From Psammoneis japonica (taxonomy: Eukaryota): a stretch of 64,000 nt of DNA. The position numbers and the translations under genes were made by a program. The stretch's first letter is position 1, and every line of letters starts with the position of its first letter. Positions 1 to 12,960 of the stretch are shown here, in pieces. The stretch covers positions 1-64,000 of the forward strand of contig QPGO01000039.1 of NCBI GenBank assembly GCA_008632985.1, written 5' to 3'. The notes under the pieces were generated by a model. The model saw only the letters and a program-made list of their open reading frames with translations, did no database searches and was not told where the DNA came from.

Positions 1-737
1 AGAACAAGAACCAACGGAACCCACAAAAGATCAAGTTGAGTCTAAACCAACCACACATGAAAAAGGATGCTGCAGCCCATGGCCCAAAAGGTCAATCATG
101 TGAACATTGTCATGGAACATCCCACACTCCAGGAATGTCCATTTGGCACCATTCAAAAGAGCACCCAAAAAACATGCTCCAGGATGCACAAGGAGCAACA
201 AGAGACAGAGCATTGAAAGGAGCTCACAACATCTCTTTTTGAGAGAGAGAAAGAACAGCTTTCATTTGCCAATCGTTCAATGAAGGCAGCACTTCAAAAT
301 TCAGCTTTCTTCAAAGCCATTTTGTGTGCATGGCAACCACAGGTAAAAAGTGTCATCTCCTTGGTTGCTGGCTTGGCATCACAACATGGGGAATGCCCGA
401 TGCTGCATTGCACATGTGCAGTGTCTGACTGTACCCGTCTTGACTGACTTTGACACCCATGTTCCTCTCACTCCGTCCAGAGTATGGAGTGCTTGGCAAC
501 AGGAAGCAAACCTCGTCTGTTCCTTCTGACTTTCTCTAGAGCCTGGAGAGCTCGGCACCATGAGAAGTTGACAGTCACAACAAGGCGATTTGTCGGCCGC
601 AATGGACGGATATTGCGCGTTGTGATGTTCGGTTGACAGGCAAGATTTTAAAAAAAATGGCATCATGCCAACAAACAGAAGGCGCTCAAAGAAACTTCAA
701 ACGAAATAATTATCGAGCCCTACACATTACACTCGTT

Positions 738-2508
738 TCACAAGCTGTGCCCGCAGTAGAATTTTTTTCTCTGTTTCGTGTCTATGTTTTGAAAAGCGAG
801 TGCCAAAACAAAAACAACAACAACACAGAGTTTCTTCAATAGGCATCGCATTCGCCCAACTTTCCGAACATTCGGGCGCTGAATGGAACATTGATAACAA
901 CCAACACTCAAAGGAATCGTCACTAGCACTGACGGAACCACCAAGGCAAGAAAGGCCTTCCATGAAAGGCTTGGTCGAGGTACTGGTGTGCTCCATGCAA
1001 GATTGGAGTTCAAGGAGAGCACCAAAGAAATAAACATCCAATCATATGGGCTGGCATACGGAAAGGTGGCAGCCAACATGTATGCTGCGTTCAAACTGGA
1101 CGTGGCCATTGCCAATAGCGCCACAGCAAAGGCCGTATTGTACAAGCAACTTGGTTCCGAGAATTGCTCAGCACAATCAGACAGAAGAGCACTCACTAGC
1201 CGCGCTTGTAGCCCTGTATCACTTACGGAACTCGTCAACACCATCTGCCCAACAATGTTGATAACAAGTGCATAGTCAATGCGAGTCAGGATAGATGATT
1301 CACGTCCGAGTTATACCACGAATCATGCACCATCAAGAGCGCAGCAATCAAAAGGCACACAGTAAGGATATCAAATCCAAGAAAGTAGCATGCTGTCATG
1401 AGAAGAAGGGCTCGTTGATGCAGATTGCGACACTGACATGCAAAACTCAAAACGCCAGCAAAGCCATCATGGCCATGGATACTGCGGTATCGACAACTTG
1501 GAACGCTTGCAGTACTGTTGCAACAACTAAGAGTAATACAGCCAGAATAAATGAAACATGCAATGGATTCAACCTGTTGGAGTCCTGAGGAGTTTCGGTT
1601 CCGCCAACGTCAGTATCAACTTGTTCTTGACATTCTGCTGGCGTTTCAATGCAGTCTTCAATGCTAACATCCGCTTCAGTATGGTCCTTGTCACTCACAG
1701 TGCAGTCAGCTTCTTGTAAGTCGTCAGCTCCCTCCTGTCCAGATAAGCCTGCATAGGCTGTACTATTTGCTCGCTCCGCTGCTTGAGTATCGTCAGGAAA
1801 GCTTCGCTCCTGTAACCAAATTGCAAACATGTAAATTGCAAGTGCAGCCGCAGTAGGCAGCCACTTGTTGCCATAAAATTCCAGAAAGCTAAAATCGTCA
1901 TAGGCCACAGTCGCAAGCAAGAAATTAGACAAGTTTCCGGTCATGGAAAGAGTCGCTCCCAATGTCGTTCCCGCAAGAATAGCGAGTTTTTTGGAGAGAA
2001 GCTGCTGCTGACCGGGGGCGGTTTCAAAGACATATGTAACGAGCATTAAAGCTGAGTAGTCTCCCAAAACAAACGTGATGGCAAACGCCAGCAGCATAAC
2101 AATGAGACTTTGATACAGCGGCCTGGGAGTAGAACTCAGAAGAACATCCTTGACCCAAGAGTCGCCGTGTTTTTGAATGTGAGCAACAACTACAAGGTTC
2201 CCAAACATAAGTAGCAAGGGCTCGACAATAATACCACGACCCGCATCAAAATGTGGACCCTCATTCAAAAACGCCAAGACACGTCGCCAGGCAACCATAA
2301 TCATGGCTCCCATGAGCGAAGCAATGGCTGCGTATTCTTTTCTTTTCCTTTGCAAAAGACGGACTGACAACAGAGCAACAACATAGAGAATCGCGACCGA
2401 CCAGGCCCCAGCGACCGAGAACTGATCCGAAACATTAATGTGGACATAGTCTCCACCGTAAAGCGAGCGATTCGTCATTGTCATTGTCTTCTTATGGAAC
2501 TTGGGCAT
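738..2508 (-). CDS. Probable ArsB/NhaD (CitMHS)-family permease, Lsi2 silicon-efflux-transporter-like; frame broken around 1280-1450
   Basis: ORF 1447-2532 is multi-TM with LGATLSMTGNLSNFLLA (cf. the Lsi2/ArsB S..GN..N loop). The downstream frame reads ILTRIDYALVINIVGQMVLTSSVSDTG, like the Lsi2 C-terminal half (ORF 738-1244). The halves need a frameshift or intron to join. Confidence 0.55.
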
Positions 2509-2759
2509 CGGTATCAACAACACTGCAAACAATCAGCGCTCCGTCCGAAGGCCATCACGACTCACGACATCAGCTAAAATGGCGGATATGATAAATGTGA
2601 AAACCAGTCATGAAATCTTTTCAATGATGCTTGCATGCGCCGGGAGTACTGTCCTCACTATCAGTGTCAGTTTAACGTGCTGTCGATCCAAATGTTTTTG
2701 TCTATCCGTCATCTGTTTTTCACCGTTTTGTTCTCATTCTTTGAAATTCAACCTTGACA

Positions 2760-4500
2760 CCAGCTACAACAGCTGCCATCGTAACACAGCTTAGCTTGCT
2801 GTCAGACTGTCCAAAAGGATGCCTCAACTGTCAAGCTGCATTGAAGCAACCACAATGATTGGCTTGTTGTCTTTGACACAAAAGCGCCAAACAAAAGGGT
2901 GGTCAAATCGGGACAACAGCCTTCTCAACCTCAAGGAGATCAGCTGCCCAATGTGCTGGCCCCACCTGTGCATTCTGTCCCACCACAAGTGCACAAGTTG
3001 GCCAGGAGCAGCAACAAAGACAGAGAAAAAGCTGGCGTGTGAGACGGCCACACCAAGGTGACTGCTTTGAGCCTGTGGAAGAAGCCAACTTTGCTGCTTG
3101 CGGTCAGGGGGGGGGGGGGGGGACAGCTGCTGTCATGTTGTTGCAACCCAGCACCACAAATCCCCCAGTCTGACAGGTCTCAGTGGTGTCTGAGCACAAC
3201 GCTCCTGTGGCGAAGGTCCGCCACTGTCAACGTATTCCAGCCCCAGGTGATGCACAAAACGACGATCAATTTTGAACATGAATTGTGCGCCTCTCGTGCG
3301 TGGAGCATTTGCACACAAAACACTAAAAGGGAGGGTTTTTTATGGGTGTCTAGAGTGTGAACATTTAACCATTTTTTTCATTGGTGCACATGTTCTCATG
3401 GGATGTGATGCATCAAAAACTCCCTCAGTGGACTCAACGCTGATTGTGCATCAGTGCATTGCGCGCAGAGATTTGCATGCAGGTGGAAGGCATTCCAGAG
3501 AGCATCGTAGAAAAATCATTTGTTGTGACATCAGAATGACAGCAACAACTTCACTGAAAATCATTTGTTGTGTCACAACTCGTTCGTTGCAATGAAAAAC
3601 ATGTGTTGCACAAAAACAATGACGCTGCAACACCCACACAAGTCTTGTCAGTGTTGCAAAACATTTGTGTTTGGATGAATCTATGCTTTTGGCAGAGAAA
3701 GCTTGATCGCAAGTTGGGGACCATGCAAAAATTGTGCAAATGTCATTTTTGTGCACGGTTTGGTTCACGTGCAGCTGGAACACATGTCTGTCATGCAACT
3801 GTGGCTTGCAAGAATCTGGACACACGCAAATTGCAACCATGCCTCCACTTTACCAAGCAGCTCTTGCAGGGTGTCAACACCACCACCATGGGATGATGTG
3901 GCTGCTCCTGGTGATGCACTCTTCTGGCTCATTTTGACCAATGTTTTCTGAGCTCCAAGGATGCAAACTGGGCAACTGGTGCAGACCACAGCTGCAAAAG
4001 TCTTTTGTCCACCTGGCAACACAACAGGTGCACAATGGATGGAGTTGACCTGCCTGCTTGTTTCCAATGCACTCATTTCCTTTGTGACAACACAATCAGA
4101 CAAGCTTGGTCTGGTGCGCACTTTGCCAGGTCAGTGCGGTGTTTGTCTTAGAAAGAGCCAGATCTGCTTGGTTTTCATTCAACAAAGAACACTGCACATG
4201 CTGCAGCATTTTAGACCTGCACTTGTTCTTTTGCGAGGCATCAAGAAAGAAGAAAAAGACATTGAAAATGGGTCAGAGAGAGCCTGCAAAGGAAACAGCA
4301 GTGATGACATCCAAACTCAATGCTGTTTGGTGGCGTGCAGCAACCATCCTTTGCCAATGCATCAAGTGCACCAGACAAGTGACCATGCATCATTCCCTGC
4401 CAGAGAATTATGGTGTGACAAATCTGTTGCCCAAGCTCCACTCCATTTAGGCAAGTTGCGATTGCTGCGTCCAGGCTGCGGTCGAGGGCTTGTTGAGTGA
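2760..4500. repeat. Eroded repeat block (CpG- and TpA-depleted, TG/CA-rich)
   Basis: Almost no TA or CG dinucleotides. Overlapping ORFs are Cys/His-rich and nearly Tyr-free. Contains a TIR element. Confidence 0.7.
3229..3788. mobile_element. Degenerate non-autonomous TIR element (MITE-like), 4-bp TSD TGTC
   Basis: Left end aacgtattccagccccaggtgatg, right end tcacgtgcagctggaacacatgtc. TGTC at 3225-3228 and 3789-3792. The TIR resembles the other elements in the window. Confidence 0.55.
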
Positions 4501-4555
4501 TGTTGCAGCCTGCACAACAGCTCTACTGGGCTGCCTCTCTCGGCTTTTTACTAGT

Positions 4556-6150
4556 TTACTTCTCTTCTACAGTTTCTTCCTTGTCCCCATCGTCACCATC
4601 TGAATCTAGAAAGACATCACCGAAGCAAGCTTTCCACCCGTCAACTCCCATGGCAAGCTCTTCATCTGTGAGTAAGCAGCCATCTAAAATGTCTTGAACA
4701 ACACTGTGCTTCATTCCTTGTCAATGAATACAATTTCCTGTCGACGATCTCCAAAGGGAGCCACGAAATTCTTGCAAAGCTTGGTCTGTTCCTCTTGTGT
4801 TCCTTGCCATGCTTTGGCTTCTAGCACATGCCAGATTCCAGGAGACTCTACCGTCACCATGTTTCCAGCCTGACTGACAAAACCTTGCAAATCATGTGAA
4901 TTTGCCATCCAAACACAACCCTTGCTGCGTAAGACGTTACCAATCTCCTTGATGCGTAGAACCTTCTTTTCTGCAGCTTCTTTTTGTACCTCCACGATTC
5001 GAGCTTCTTCATCTTGTGATTTTTGCGCTTCAACTTGTTCAGGATCAAGCTTTGGTCGTTTCGACTCAGGTTCATTGGTATTCACTTCTTTTTCGTCCTC
5101 TTCGATCTCTCCGTCTGTCTCTTCTCCATCGTCTTCGCGATTCGCAAAAACAAAGTACTTTTCTTGAAAGGCCTTGTGGTATCGAATCGGATGGAAAGGG
5201 CGACGAGCTTGATACAAGAAGGAGTTTATACCATACTTCTCTTCGTGACGAGTCTTTGCGATCTTCTTGGAAGCCAGCATGACTTGGGACTTGCCAGAGT
5301 CAATGGTTCGGGCTCGGCGGCAGCAGGGAGGCTCTCCCCGCGCTTTCGATGCCTTGCAGCAGCTCTTTTCCTCCTGACTGCTATTCTTCAAGTAGGCAAC
5401 AGCAGGAACAAATCCTTTGGTAAAAAAGGACTCTGGTAGAAAGTCCCCAGTGTGAATCACGTCTGCCAACGGCACCGCGCTATTGGTACACGTTACAATC
5501 TTGGCATTTCGTTCATTGAGCAAACCAATTTGAGTCTTGATCTCCACGAGCTGTTGGTCATTGACCAAGTCCAGCTTGTTTAGGACAATCACGTTGGAGT
5601 ACTCAATTTGTTCCACCATGATCTGAGGCAAGGTTTGCTTGGAAGAATTACCATCTAGCGTTGGCAAGAACTCAGATGCATCAACAACAGTCACACAGGT
5701 ATCCAAGCGAGCAACGTCATACAACACAATCTTTTCAGCGTGGGCTTGGTCATGATCATGATCATCCTCGCACGGCGCAAAGAGCTTGGCAATCTCCAAA
5801 GGTTCAGAGACGCCAGAAGCCTCAATAATCAAGTAATTGAACTTCTTTAGCTTGGCCAGTTCAACAATTTGTTCCACCAAATCGCTTTGCAAAGTGCAGC
5901 AGACGCAACCATTCTGCATGGCAATCACCTCTTCACTCTGAATGAGACCCGTTGATTCGATAAGAGATTCATCGATATTCAGCTCCGCCATGTCATTTAC
6001 AATCACTGCGCATTTGAATGGTTTGTCGTCGGCGGCGGCGTGTTTTTCTTGCAGAATATGACGAAGAAGAGTCGTCTTTCCGGCTCCGAGAAAACCACCA
6101 ATCAAGGTTGTGGCAAGTCGCTCGTCTATCTTTTCGGGTTCGACGGACAT
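4556..6150 (-). CDS. COG0523/CobW-family (G3E) metallochaperone GTPase, ZNG1/ZCRP-A-like
   Basis: GFLGAGKTT Walker A, GCVCC metal motif, IIEASG Walker B, NKLD, and CobW_C motifs RRPFHP, LRSKG, PFGDRRQEIVFI. Adding one G near 4720 (attgacaa -> attggacaa) gives IGQGMKHSVVQDILDGCLLTDEE... ending at TAA 4556-4558. Confidence 0.9.
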
Positions 6151-6834
6151 TATATTCGACTTCTCTCTTTCGCAAAATGCATTGAAGGTCCACAGAGGAA
6201 GCACTTGTGTTTAAAATGGATAACGCAAGCAACACAACGCCTCGTTGAAGTGCTGGAAACTGGAAGTGCAATTTTTTGTGGCTGAGTATCTGCCGAGGCT
6301 CTTTACGTCAGGCTCTTTCGAAAATCAAAGGCTCTTTTGTGTGTGTTTGTACTGGGTACGTGTCACAGACCACATTAGAGGGAAATGGACAGACGCTCCA
6401 ACCAGGAGAGCAAGCAAGCAATCGTAAGCAATAAGCAAGCTGGAAGCACTCTCTCTCCAGTTTTCTCCTCTTTGGAATGGACGGAACAGTTCTGTGTGCC
6501 AACCAGTGACGAGAAGCTCTGTTGAACTCTACAAGGCGGCACCTTTCCCTTGCCATTCATGGCTGCCCTTTGACCTTGACTGATCCATTGCACAGGGCAC
6601 CGTCGTGCCCATGTTCACCAAGTTGCAAGGCTCAATAAAGGACCAAACGCAAGCGGAGCGAGCCGTTCAAAGAACAGATCCATCATTTTTGGGTCTTCAA
6701 GAATGTTCAGAGATCACAGGTGTGTGAGGCAGTGTCACATGTTGAGAAAGCAACGCAGTCATGATATTAAATCCGATTGGTCGAACTTGCTTGCATAGAG
6801 CTATGCACGACTTTGGTCTCACCAAAGAAAACCA

Positions 6835-8669
6835 TCACGTAGTTTTTGATGACTTCAGCCCATTGTCAGATCCTTGTTCAATCTTGCTCAAGTCTGCCAC
6901 AATGTTTGGATGAGTTGATTCTACTGTTTCAACAACCGGAGACTCGCCAATAGAATTGTTTGTATTGGGGGCCATGGACGACCTGGCAAGAAAGGTGGTG
7001 GTCGCCTCTTCGGTACTTCTGGTGCGACAGGAACAGCAACGCTTGTCACGGCAATACCGTACACACCGTGGCCGTGCATAAGCGATAAAATTTGTAAAGC
7101 CTTGAATGGGAGCAACAAACATAGCAACACAAAGGAAACCGTATCGATAATAGAGACCGGCATCAATCAAGACAATTACAACCAGAATGGGCCAAGACAA
7201 GTAAAAGCACATGAGATACCAAAATCCTTGCCAAAACACCTGACGACGTATCCTTTGCGCGTTGGATGTCATGGAATATGATTCGGTTGCTCGTTGTTGA
7301 TGATACACCTTGATATAAATGTGAACAGTAATGACTGTCGCAAAGAAAATCACAATGCAAATGGGAATCACGAGGAACACAAGACGCTCGGTATCTCCAG
7401 GAATGTAACACATGACGACATCTGCGTCATATTTCGGAATGCCAGCTAGCGCTAAACCCAGACCGAGCGCTAGCGGCGGTCCAAACAGGGCCCAATTAAA
7501 GCGAACGATTCGGTTTTCCTTCCAGCCATAGGATATGACGAGGTTGTAGTAGATTGCAAGAGACAGGTTCAAGAATGGAGACGTGAAGCCAAATTGAATG
7601 AAAAAGCCCTGTGCCGTGCACGTGGCGTCGTTGCCCCGAGCACCATACACGTTGGTGTCTGCTGGCATTGGTAAAGTTGTCAAAGACCAAGCCACGGAGG
7701 CCAAGCAGTCAATACAGCTCATGGTCAAAAGTAGATAGTGTTGCGTTGTCCGTTCACTCTTGGCTTTGCTGCAGATGCTAGAAATAATATACAACGATCC
7801 CTGATATCAAAGCAAACAGAAAGCTGTAAGTTCAAAGGGCGAGTTGAACGTTCATCTCAAAATATCCAAACCACAATGCTGGAAAAGAGTAAGAGCAGAG
7901 ACGGACTTACGAAAAATGACATTGCCGCTGATATCCGGGGTAACCAAGCAAGGATAGCTTGTCGCCGATTGATTTCGGAGGAAGAACATCCACAAAAGAA
8001 GCCCGCAGCTTGATCTTGCCTACAGGAAAGTGTATCATCGTCTACCAATTGAAAGATTGCGCTCTCGACAAGTTCGCACGTGGGATTTTCATAATGCCAA
8101 TGCTTTGCATCCAACGTCAAGTCTGTAGCATATTGTGGCCTGCTCACGTTTTCTCCGTTTGTGCAAAAATGACAAGCATTCTCTCGTATCGGGCACCCAC
8201 ACAGCGGGCCAACAATTTGTGCCTCGAAACATTTTGAGTCGTTGGCCGCAATTGAATGTAAATAGGCATCAAAGATTTCGCAAGTTGGAACGATGCCGTC
8301 AAAGTTGCTTGCCAGAAAGACAAGTTGCTTGTCGAGTCGTGTCGGGATGCTGCCGTCCACGCAGAGTCGGCAAGAGTCCTCAGGTACAGGACAACCACAT
8401 AGTGTGCTAATGTTTTTACATTCTTTAGAGTCCATCTCCAGTGTTGAAGCATACGCATCAAGCATGGAACAATTCTGTACGGGTACGGGCCAAGCTAACG
8501 CGAGCTCCTTGGAGGAAAATGCAATAATTGATGAATCATCTGCTCCGCTGAGACAGAGAGTGCAAGTCTCATTGTTTGCAATGGCAAACGTGTTTAGCGC
8601 ACTTAGCACCACAAACATACGAAATAGATGCCAAGAGGTATGAGAGATGCTTGAGTTTGACTCCATCAT
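6835..8669 (-). CDS. 7TM GPCR-like protein with Cys-rich N-terminal ectodomain (2 exons)
   Basis: Signal-like N-terminus and three CxLC/FC...TCE...CGC repeats. Phase-0 intron 7801-7910 (GTAAGT...ATCAG) joins AAMSFF to GSLYIISS. 7TM motifs CTAQGFFIQ, LSLAIYY, PIQGFTNFIAYARPR. Confidence 0.85.
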
Positions 8670-9224
8670 GGTCTCACTGTAGAGGCGACGAGATACGGAG
8701 ACACACGCAATGATTTCGATGATTTTGTTGCGGCGGGGGTTGATTGAGGTTGCATCTCGGGCATGAGTCACGAGTTTGAAGTTCCATGCAGTCTCGAGCA
8801 AAAAATGACATCATACATCTCATGTTGGATGGGATGCCGGCGGGCCGCGCCATCGTCTGGCTGCAGGAGGAGCCCAGTCGATGACACCGACAAGATTTCT
8901 ACTAGGTTGTAGACTGAATGATGCAATTCAAAATCTCATCCTCATTGAATTCATGCTGGAGAGTCTGCAGGAAGCTTGTCACAAGCTGACACAAACTTGG
9001 TGAGCAACTGCCATGGTTTTCACGAAGCTGCTGCCGGCTGGCTGCTGGAGTGACTTCGCCCCCCACAAAAAAACACGATGGAACCAGTGGCAAGAAAAGC
9101 ACTCTCATCATGTGCACTTTCTGCAAAGATGCTAAAAAAAACCTGCACAATGGTGCCCCACATTCTGGTGACTGTGCACTGTGTGCTGAAACTTCTTGCA
9201 CGCGGGACATTGCAGCGCAGATTT

Positions 9225-9495
9225 GATGGAGATTGTTGCTCAAAATTTGTGCATGAACTTGGGCACTTTGGCAGCCCTCCTGACAGATCCAGGTGGAGGC
9301 ACTGCCTTGCATCAAGATGTGCTTGATGGACAGCTGCACTGAGAGCACATGTGGCTGCACATGCCGCAAATTGTCAGCCACAACAAGCTGCTGGTGCTCT
9401 TTCCTTGGTGGAGATTTTGAGCGCTCATGCATGACAGACGGGTGGCTGGCGGGACAATGGCCAAGCAAGCACAGATGCTTTGCAGCTCTGTTTTT
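9225..9495 (+). pseudogene. Eroded relic of the 3' part of the GT8-like gene at 16160-17571
   Basis: tggcgggacaatggccaagcaagcacagatgctttgcag (about 9447-9485) aligns with tggcggggcagtggccgagtaagtataggtgttttgcag (about 17372-17410). An upstream ggagattgttg anchor is also shared. Confidence 0.7.
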
Positions 9496-9499
9496 GCCT

Positions 9500-10200
9500 C
9501 CATCGGGTCATTCCCAATGTTCTGGTGACTGGGGTCCTTGCCCTGCACTCTCTGCCTCATTTGCTTCTTGGCGCAGCAATCATCTGGGAACTTGGCAAAT
9601 GTGACAGTCTTGTTCTCTTTGTCTTCTTCACTTTCTTGTTGTGGTCATGCAGCTTGGCCTTGTGCCAGCACTCCAGCTCTTTTGGTTTGGCAGCCAGCCA
9701 TGTCTTCATTGGGCACATCACCATCGTGGGCAAACCTCTTGCATTTCATGTCTTCTGATGACCTTGCCAAATGCATTCCTTGCTCATGTTCCTTCTGCTT
9801 GCAATGGATGATTTTTTCCTTGATGTCTTCACATGTTCTTGCATTGCAAGCATTGCTGTTCAGTGATGAAAGGCAAAGCTTCATCTCATGCTGAAAGCTC
9901 CTCTTTTGGACAGTTTTCTTCTTGTTGCATGAAAACTTGTGGCCTTTGTCACCTCTGCCTTGGTTGCGGCCTTGGCCTCTGCCACTTGTTCTGCCTCTTT
10001 GTTTTCTGCCACACATGTGTTGTGCAGAGTTTTGATGTTGAGTGACTTTGTGAAGGTCAGTGTCTGTGAGTGCTGAGCACAGTGCCAGTGACTCCTTTGG
10101 GTGAACATTGAACCAGCAAGTCAAGGTCACCAAAAGGGAATCCTGTGAGCAGGCTTCCTGTGCTGCTTGTTGCACTTACCTTGGTTTCTTGTGGCAGCTG
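9500..10200 (-). mobile_element. Possible eroded Ty1/copia (CoDi-like) gag fragment
   Basis: RGRTSGRGQGRNQGRG followed by EMKL...TCEDIKEKIIHCKQKEHEQGMHLARSSEDM resembles diatom copia gag N-termini. Recognised from memory only. Confidence 0.4.
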
Positions 10201-10949
10201 TCAGAGGTGCACAAATTGTCTGTTGTTGTTTGCACATGTGCACTCAGACACACTCAGCATGTGCATGATGTCAAACTTGCCACCACAACATTCATCAATT
10301 CCCTGGAGATGAGACAGGCAGTGCAGACATGGTGATGCAAATGGTCTCAGCTGGCTCTCTACAATGCAGAGACATTGTCTGCAGACTGTCAAAAATGTGG
10401 GTGGCGCGGTGTGCAAGTCATTTCTGTGGGACACATTTCTCGCTGATTGAACAACCTGATTGGGACATGTCAGTGCAGTGGAGTTTGATGTGTCCACAAT
10501 GTGAAGGGGGGTTGCAACAACATTGGCATCAAAGAGACAATGATTGCAGATGCCGCTCCTTCAGCGCACATGGTGCTGCCTCCACTGATTGAGCCTTGGT
10601 CATTGTGTCAATGTGGGAAGGCACTGACACGCCTGCCACGGGAGAACAAAATGCCAACACAATCATTTTGATGGTTTCTGACATCACACCAGCTGTGGAG
10701 TGAGTCCTGTTTGGCGCAAGTGAGGACTGAGCAGCACACTGTGCACTGGCACACTGAGCCTGACCATCCGAATGCATGGCACTCATCAAAAACTTGACAA
10801 ATGACATTTTTGCTGCCATCCTGTCCTTTCGTGGGGAAAGGCAATGACGCACCAAATGCTGCCTGGGAAATTCATGCCTGCCGTGTTGAGTTCACACACC
10901 ATGATGAGCTTGTGCTCGTGTGATTTTTGCCATCATTTTGGTGGCTTGT

Positions 10950-12960
10950 GACACATCATGGACTTCAAAGTGACCAAGGAGTCCTGCTCCTGTCACCTTT
11001 GCTGGAGTGATTCTGAACTTGTCCGCACTGCTGGAAGGGATGACAAAAAGCTTGTCTCAATCATTGAAGTGAGGAACCCAGCAGCCACTGTGCACTTTGC
11101 CAAATCAGAGAAGCAGTGCAGCTTCAGTGAGGGGGCTTTTGACTTGGCCACCTGCCAAACAACAGATGATGTAATTCCTTGACATCAGCTGTTCCCTCCA
11201 CCATGACATCATCTCCTCCTTTCACAATTCTGATGACATGACATCTGCCTTGATTCCGACGGGTTCCAGTCCTAGGTGGGACTTTTTGTGACATTGGGCC
11301 CGTAGAATTCTACGTGCGAACTCCTTAGTAAAATTATTAAGCAATGGATATATGAATGATCGCCAACAGAAAAAGAGGCAATTTTGCGAACGTATCTCCT
11401 CCTCCACACTTGAAGTACATTCTTTACAGTATGCCCGGGTATATTCTTTAGACATTAAAGAATATACCCAGCGCATTTTTATTGACATAAGTGCAGATAA
11501 CAGAAAGCCTTCGGCTTCGCAAAACAGGCAGTGTGGAACAGTTTTTTATAATAGAACACGTAGAAATGTACGTGCGAAACATACGACGGATGATAAAAAA
11601 TAATTATGTCACAGTTCAGTAGTACGAGGTCCCACCTAGAGCTGGAACACGTCTTCCAATCTTTGGGCTTGCACAACTTTGGACTGCTGATTTCAGAAGG
11701 GAAGATGTTTTGCATCGCATTGCAAAATTCTTCTGGGACTTCACATTCATTCAGTCTCACCAGCTCACCAGCACAGTCAAATTCCAGAACCGGTTTCTCA
11801 AAAACAATTCTGCCTGCCATCAGACACAATCTTTTGTGAAGCATCAGAGTGCTTGTCTCACAACAAGAAAAGCAGTCTGCCTCAATCACCCACCCAAGAA
11901 AGGGCGGGTTCTTGTTCTTTCTGGCTGCATGGCAGCAAAGGGTCTTTGTTCCATTCACACCACAAGTTTCAACAAGCAGCTGCACAGCTCCCTCACTGAC
12001 AGTGGCATGTGTTGTGAAACCATTTTCTTCCATCACAAAGCTGTGCAGGTGTGTTTTTGCTGCAGGTGACCTTGTCCTGCTAGCAAATGGAAGTCAAGGA
12101 TGTCTCCAACTTTTGCCAAATCATTTGTGCTGTCCCCAGTCACTCTTTTGGTTTGATCTTTTGTGAAACACACCATCCAACATGCCAACTCACCAGCAAA
12201 GAAATGTTTTTGAGCGACGATTGTCTGATGGTGGATGCAAGTTTCAAGGTCCCAGCTCAATGTCTTTTTCAGGTGCTTGTCAGCTGTCTTTCATTGTTTC
12301 CCCCACTCTTTCTCAAAAACATCAGAGTTTTCAACAAACAGGGGGGATGCAGATCTGTCTTCATTCACAAACACTGCAAGCAATTGGTCTGAGGTCCATG
12401 AGTGTTGAGCAAAACAACTGTGGAGCCCCTTCTCTTGCATGTTTTTGAGCTCGTGTGATGCAACCGCTTGATCTTGTTTGAGACCACAAGGAATCCTGAC
12501 TGATTCATCCCTGCTTTCCACCAAATCTCAGCTGCTCCAAAGCCTCATTGCAGCCATCCCAAGTGACTCCATTGAGCACAAGTGCATCTGCATTGGTGCT
12601 TTTAATGGCATTGTCCAAGTCTTTTCTCTTGACAACTTGGTCCTCTTGGCAACCTGTCTGATCTGCAAAGACTTGCACTTTGTTGAACCCATTCTGGTCA
12701 AAATGGAACCACACAATTTGCTTCCCTTGTTTTGCCAAACACAGCAGTCATTTTGTGCCACAATGTTGATGACTTTCCTGCACCCAGCAGACCATGGATT
12801 AATCCCAGCACACTTGCCTTGGAAACTTGGTCAACATGATTGAGCAGTTCACAACACTGGCACAAAACAATGGAGCAATTGCTTTCATTTGTGTGGCCTG
12901 GTGCTGTCGTGTTTGGGAATGGGATGGACACAAAATCTTCATCTGACCTCTCTTTCACAG
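10950..12960 (-). pseudogene. Crinkler/CR-type NTPase + restriction-endonuclease-fold gene, eroded and MITE-disrupted
   Basis: Motifs in order: IHGLLGAGKSSTLW (P-loop), IVWFH, LVLNGV, KHFFAG..ACWM, NPPFLGWVIEAD, KPKDW|NQGRCHVI (WNQGGYD, split by the MITE), WQVAKSKAPSLKLHCF. Multiple stops and frameshifts. Confidence 0.7.
11258..11653 (+). mobile_element. Young MITE (396 bp), about 25-bp TIRs, 4-bp TSD TTCC
   Basis: gacgggttccagtcctaggtgggac ... gtcccacctagagctggaacacgtc. TTCC at 11254-11257 and 11654-11657. Retains TA and CG, unlike its flanks. Confidence 0.92.

Noticed and set aside
3107..3122. Poly-G tract (and poly-C near 32607) as functional G-quadruplex sites
   Set aside because: Isolated homopolymers inside decayed repeats with no supporting context.
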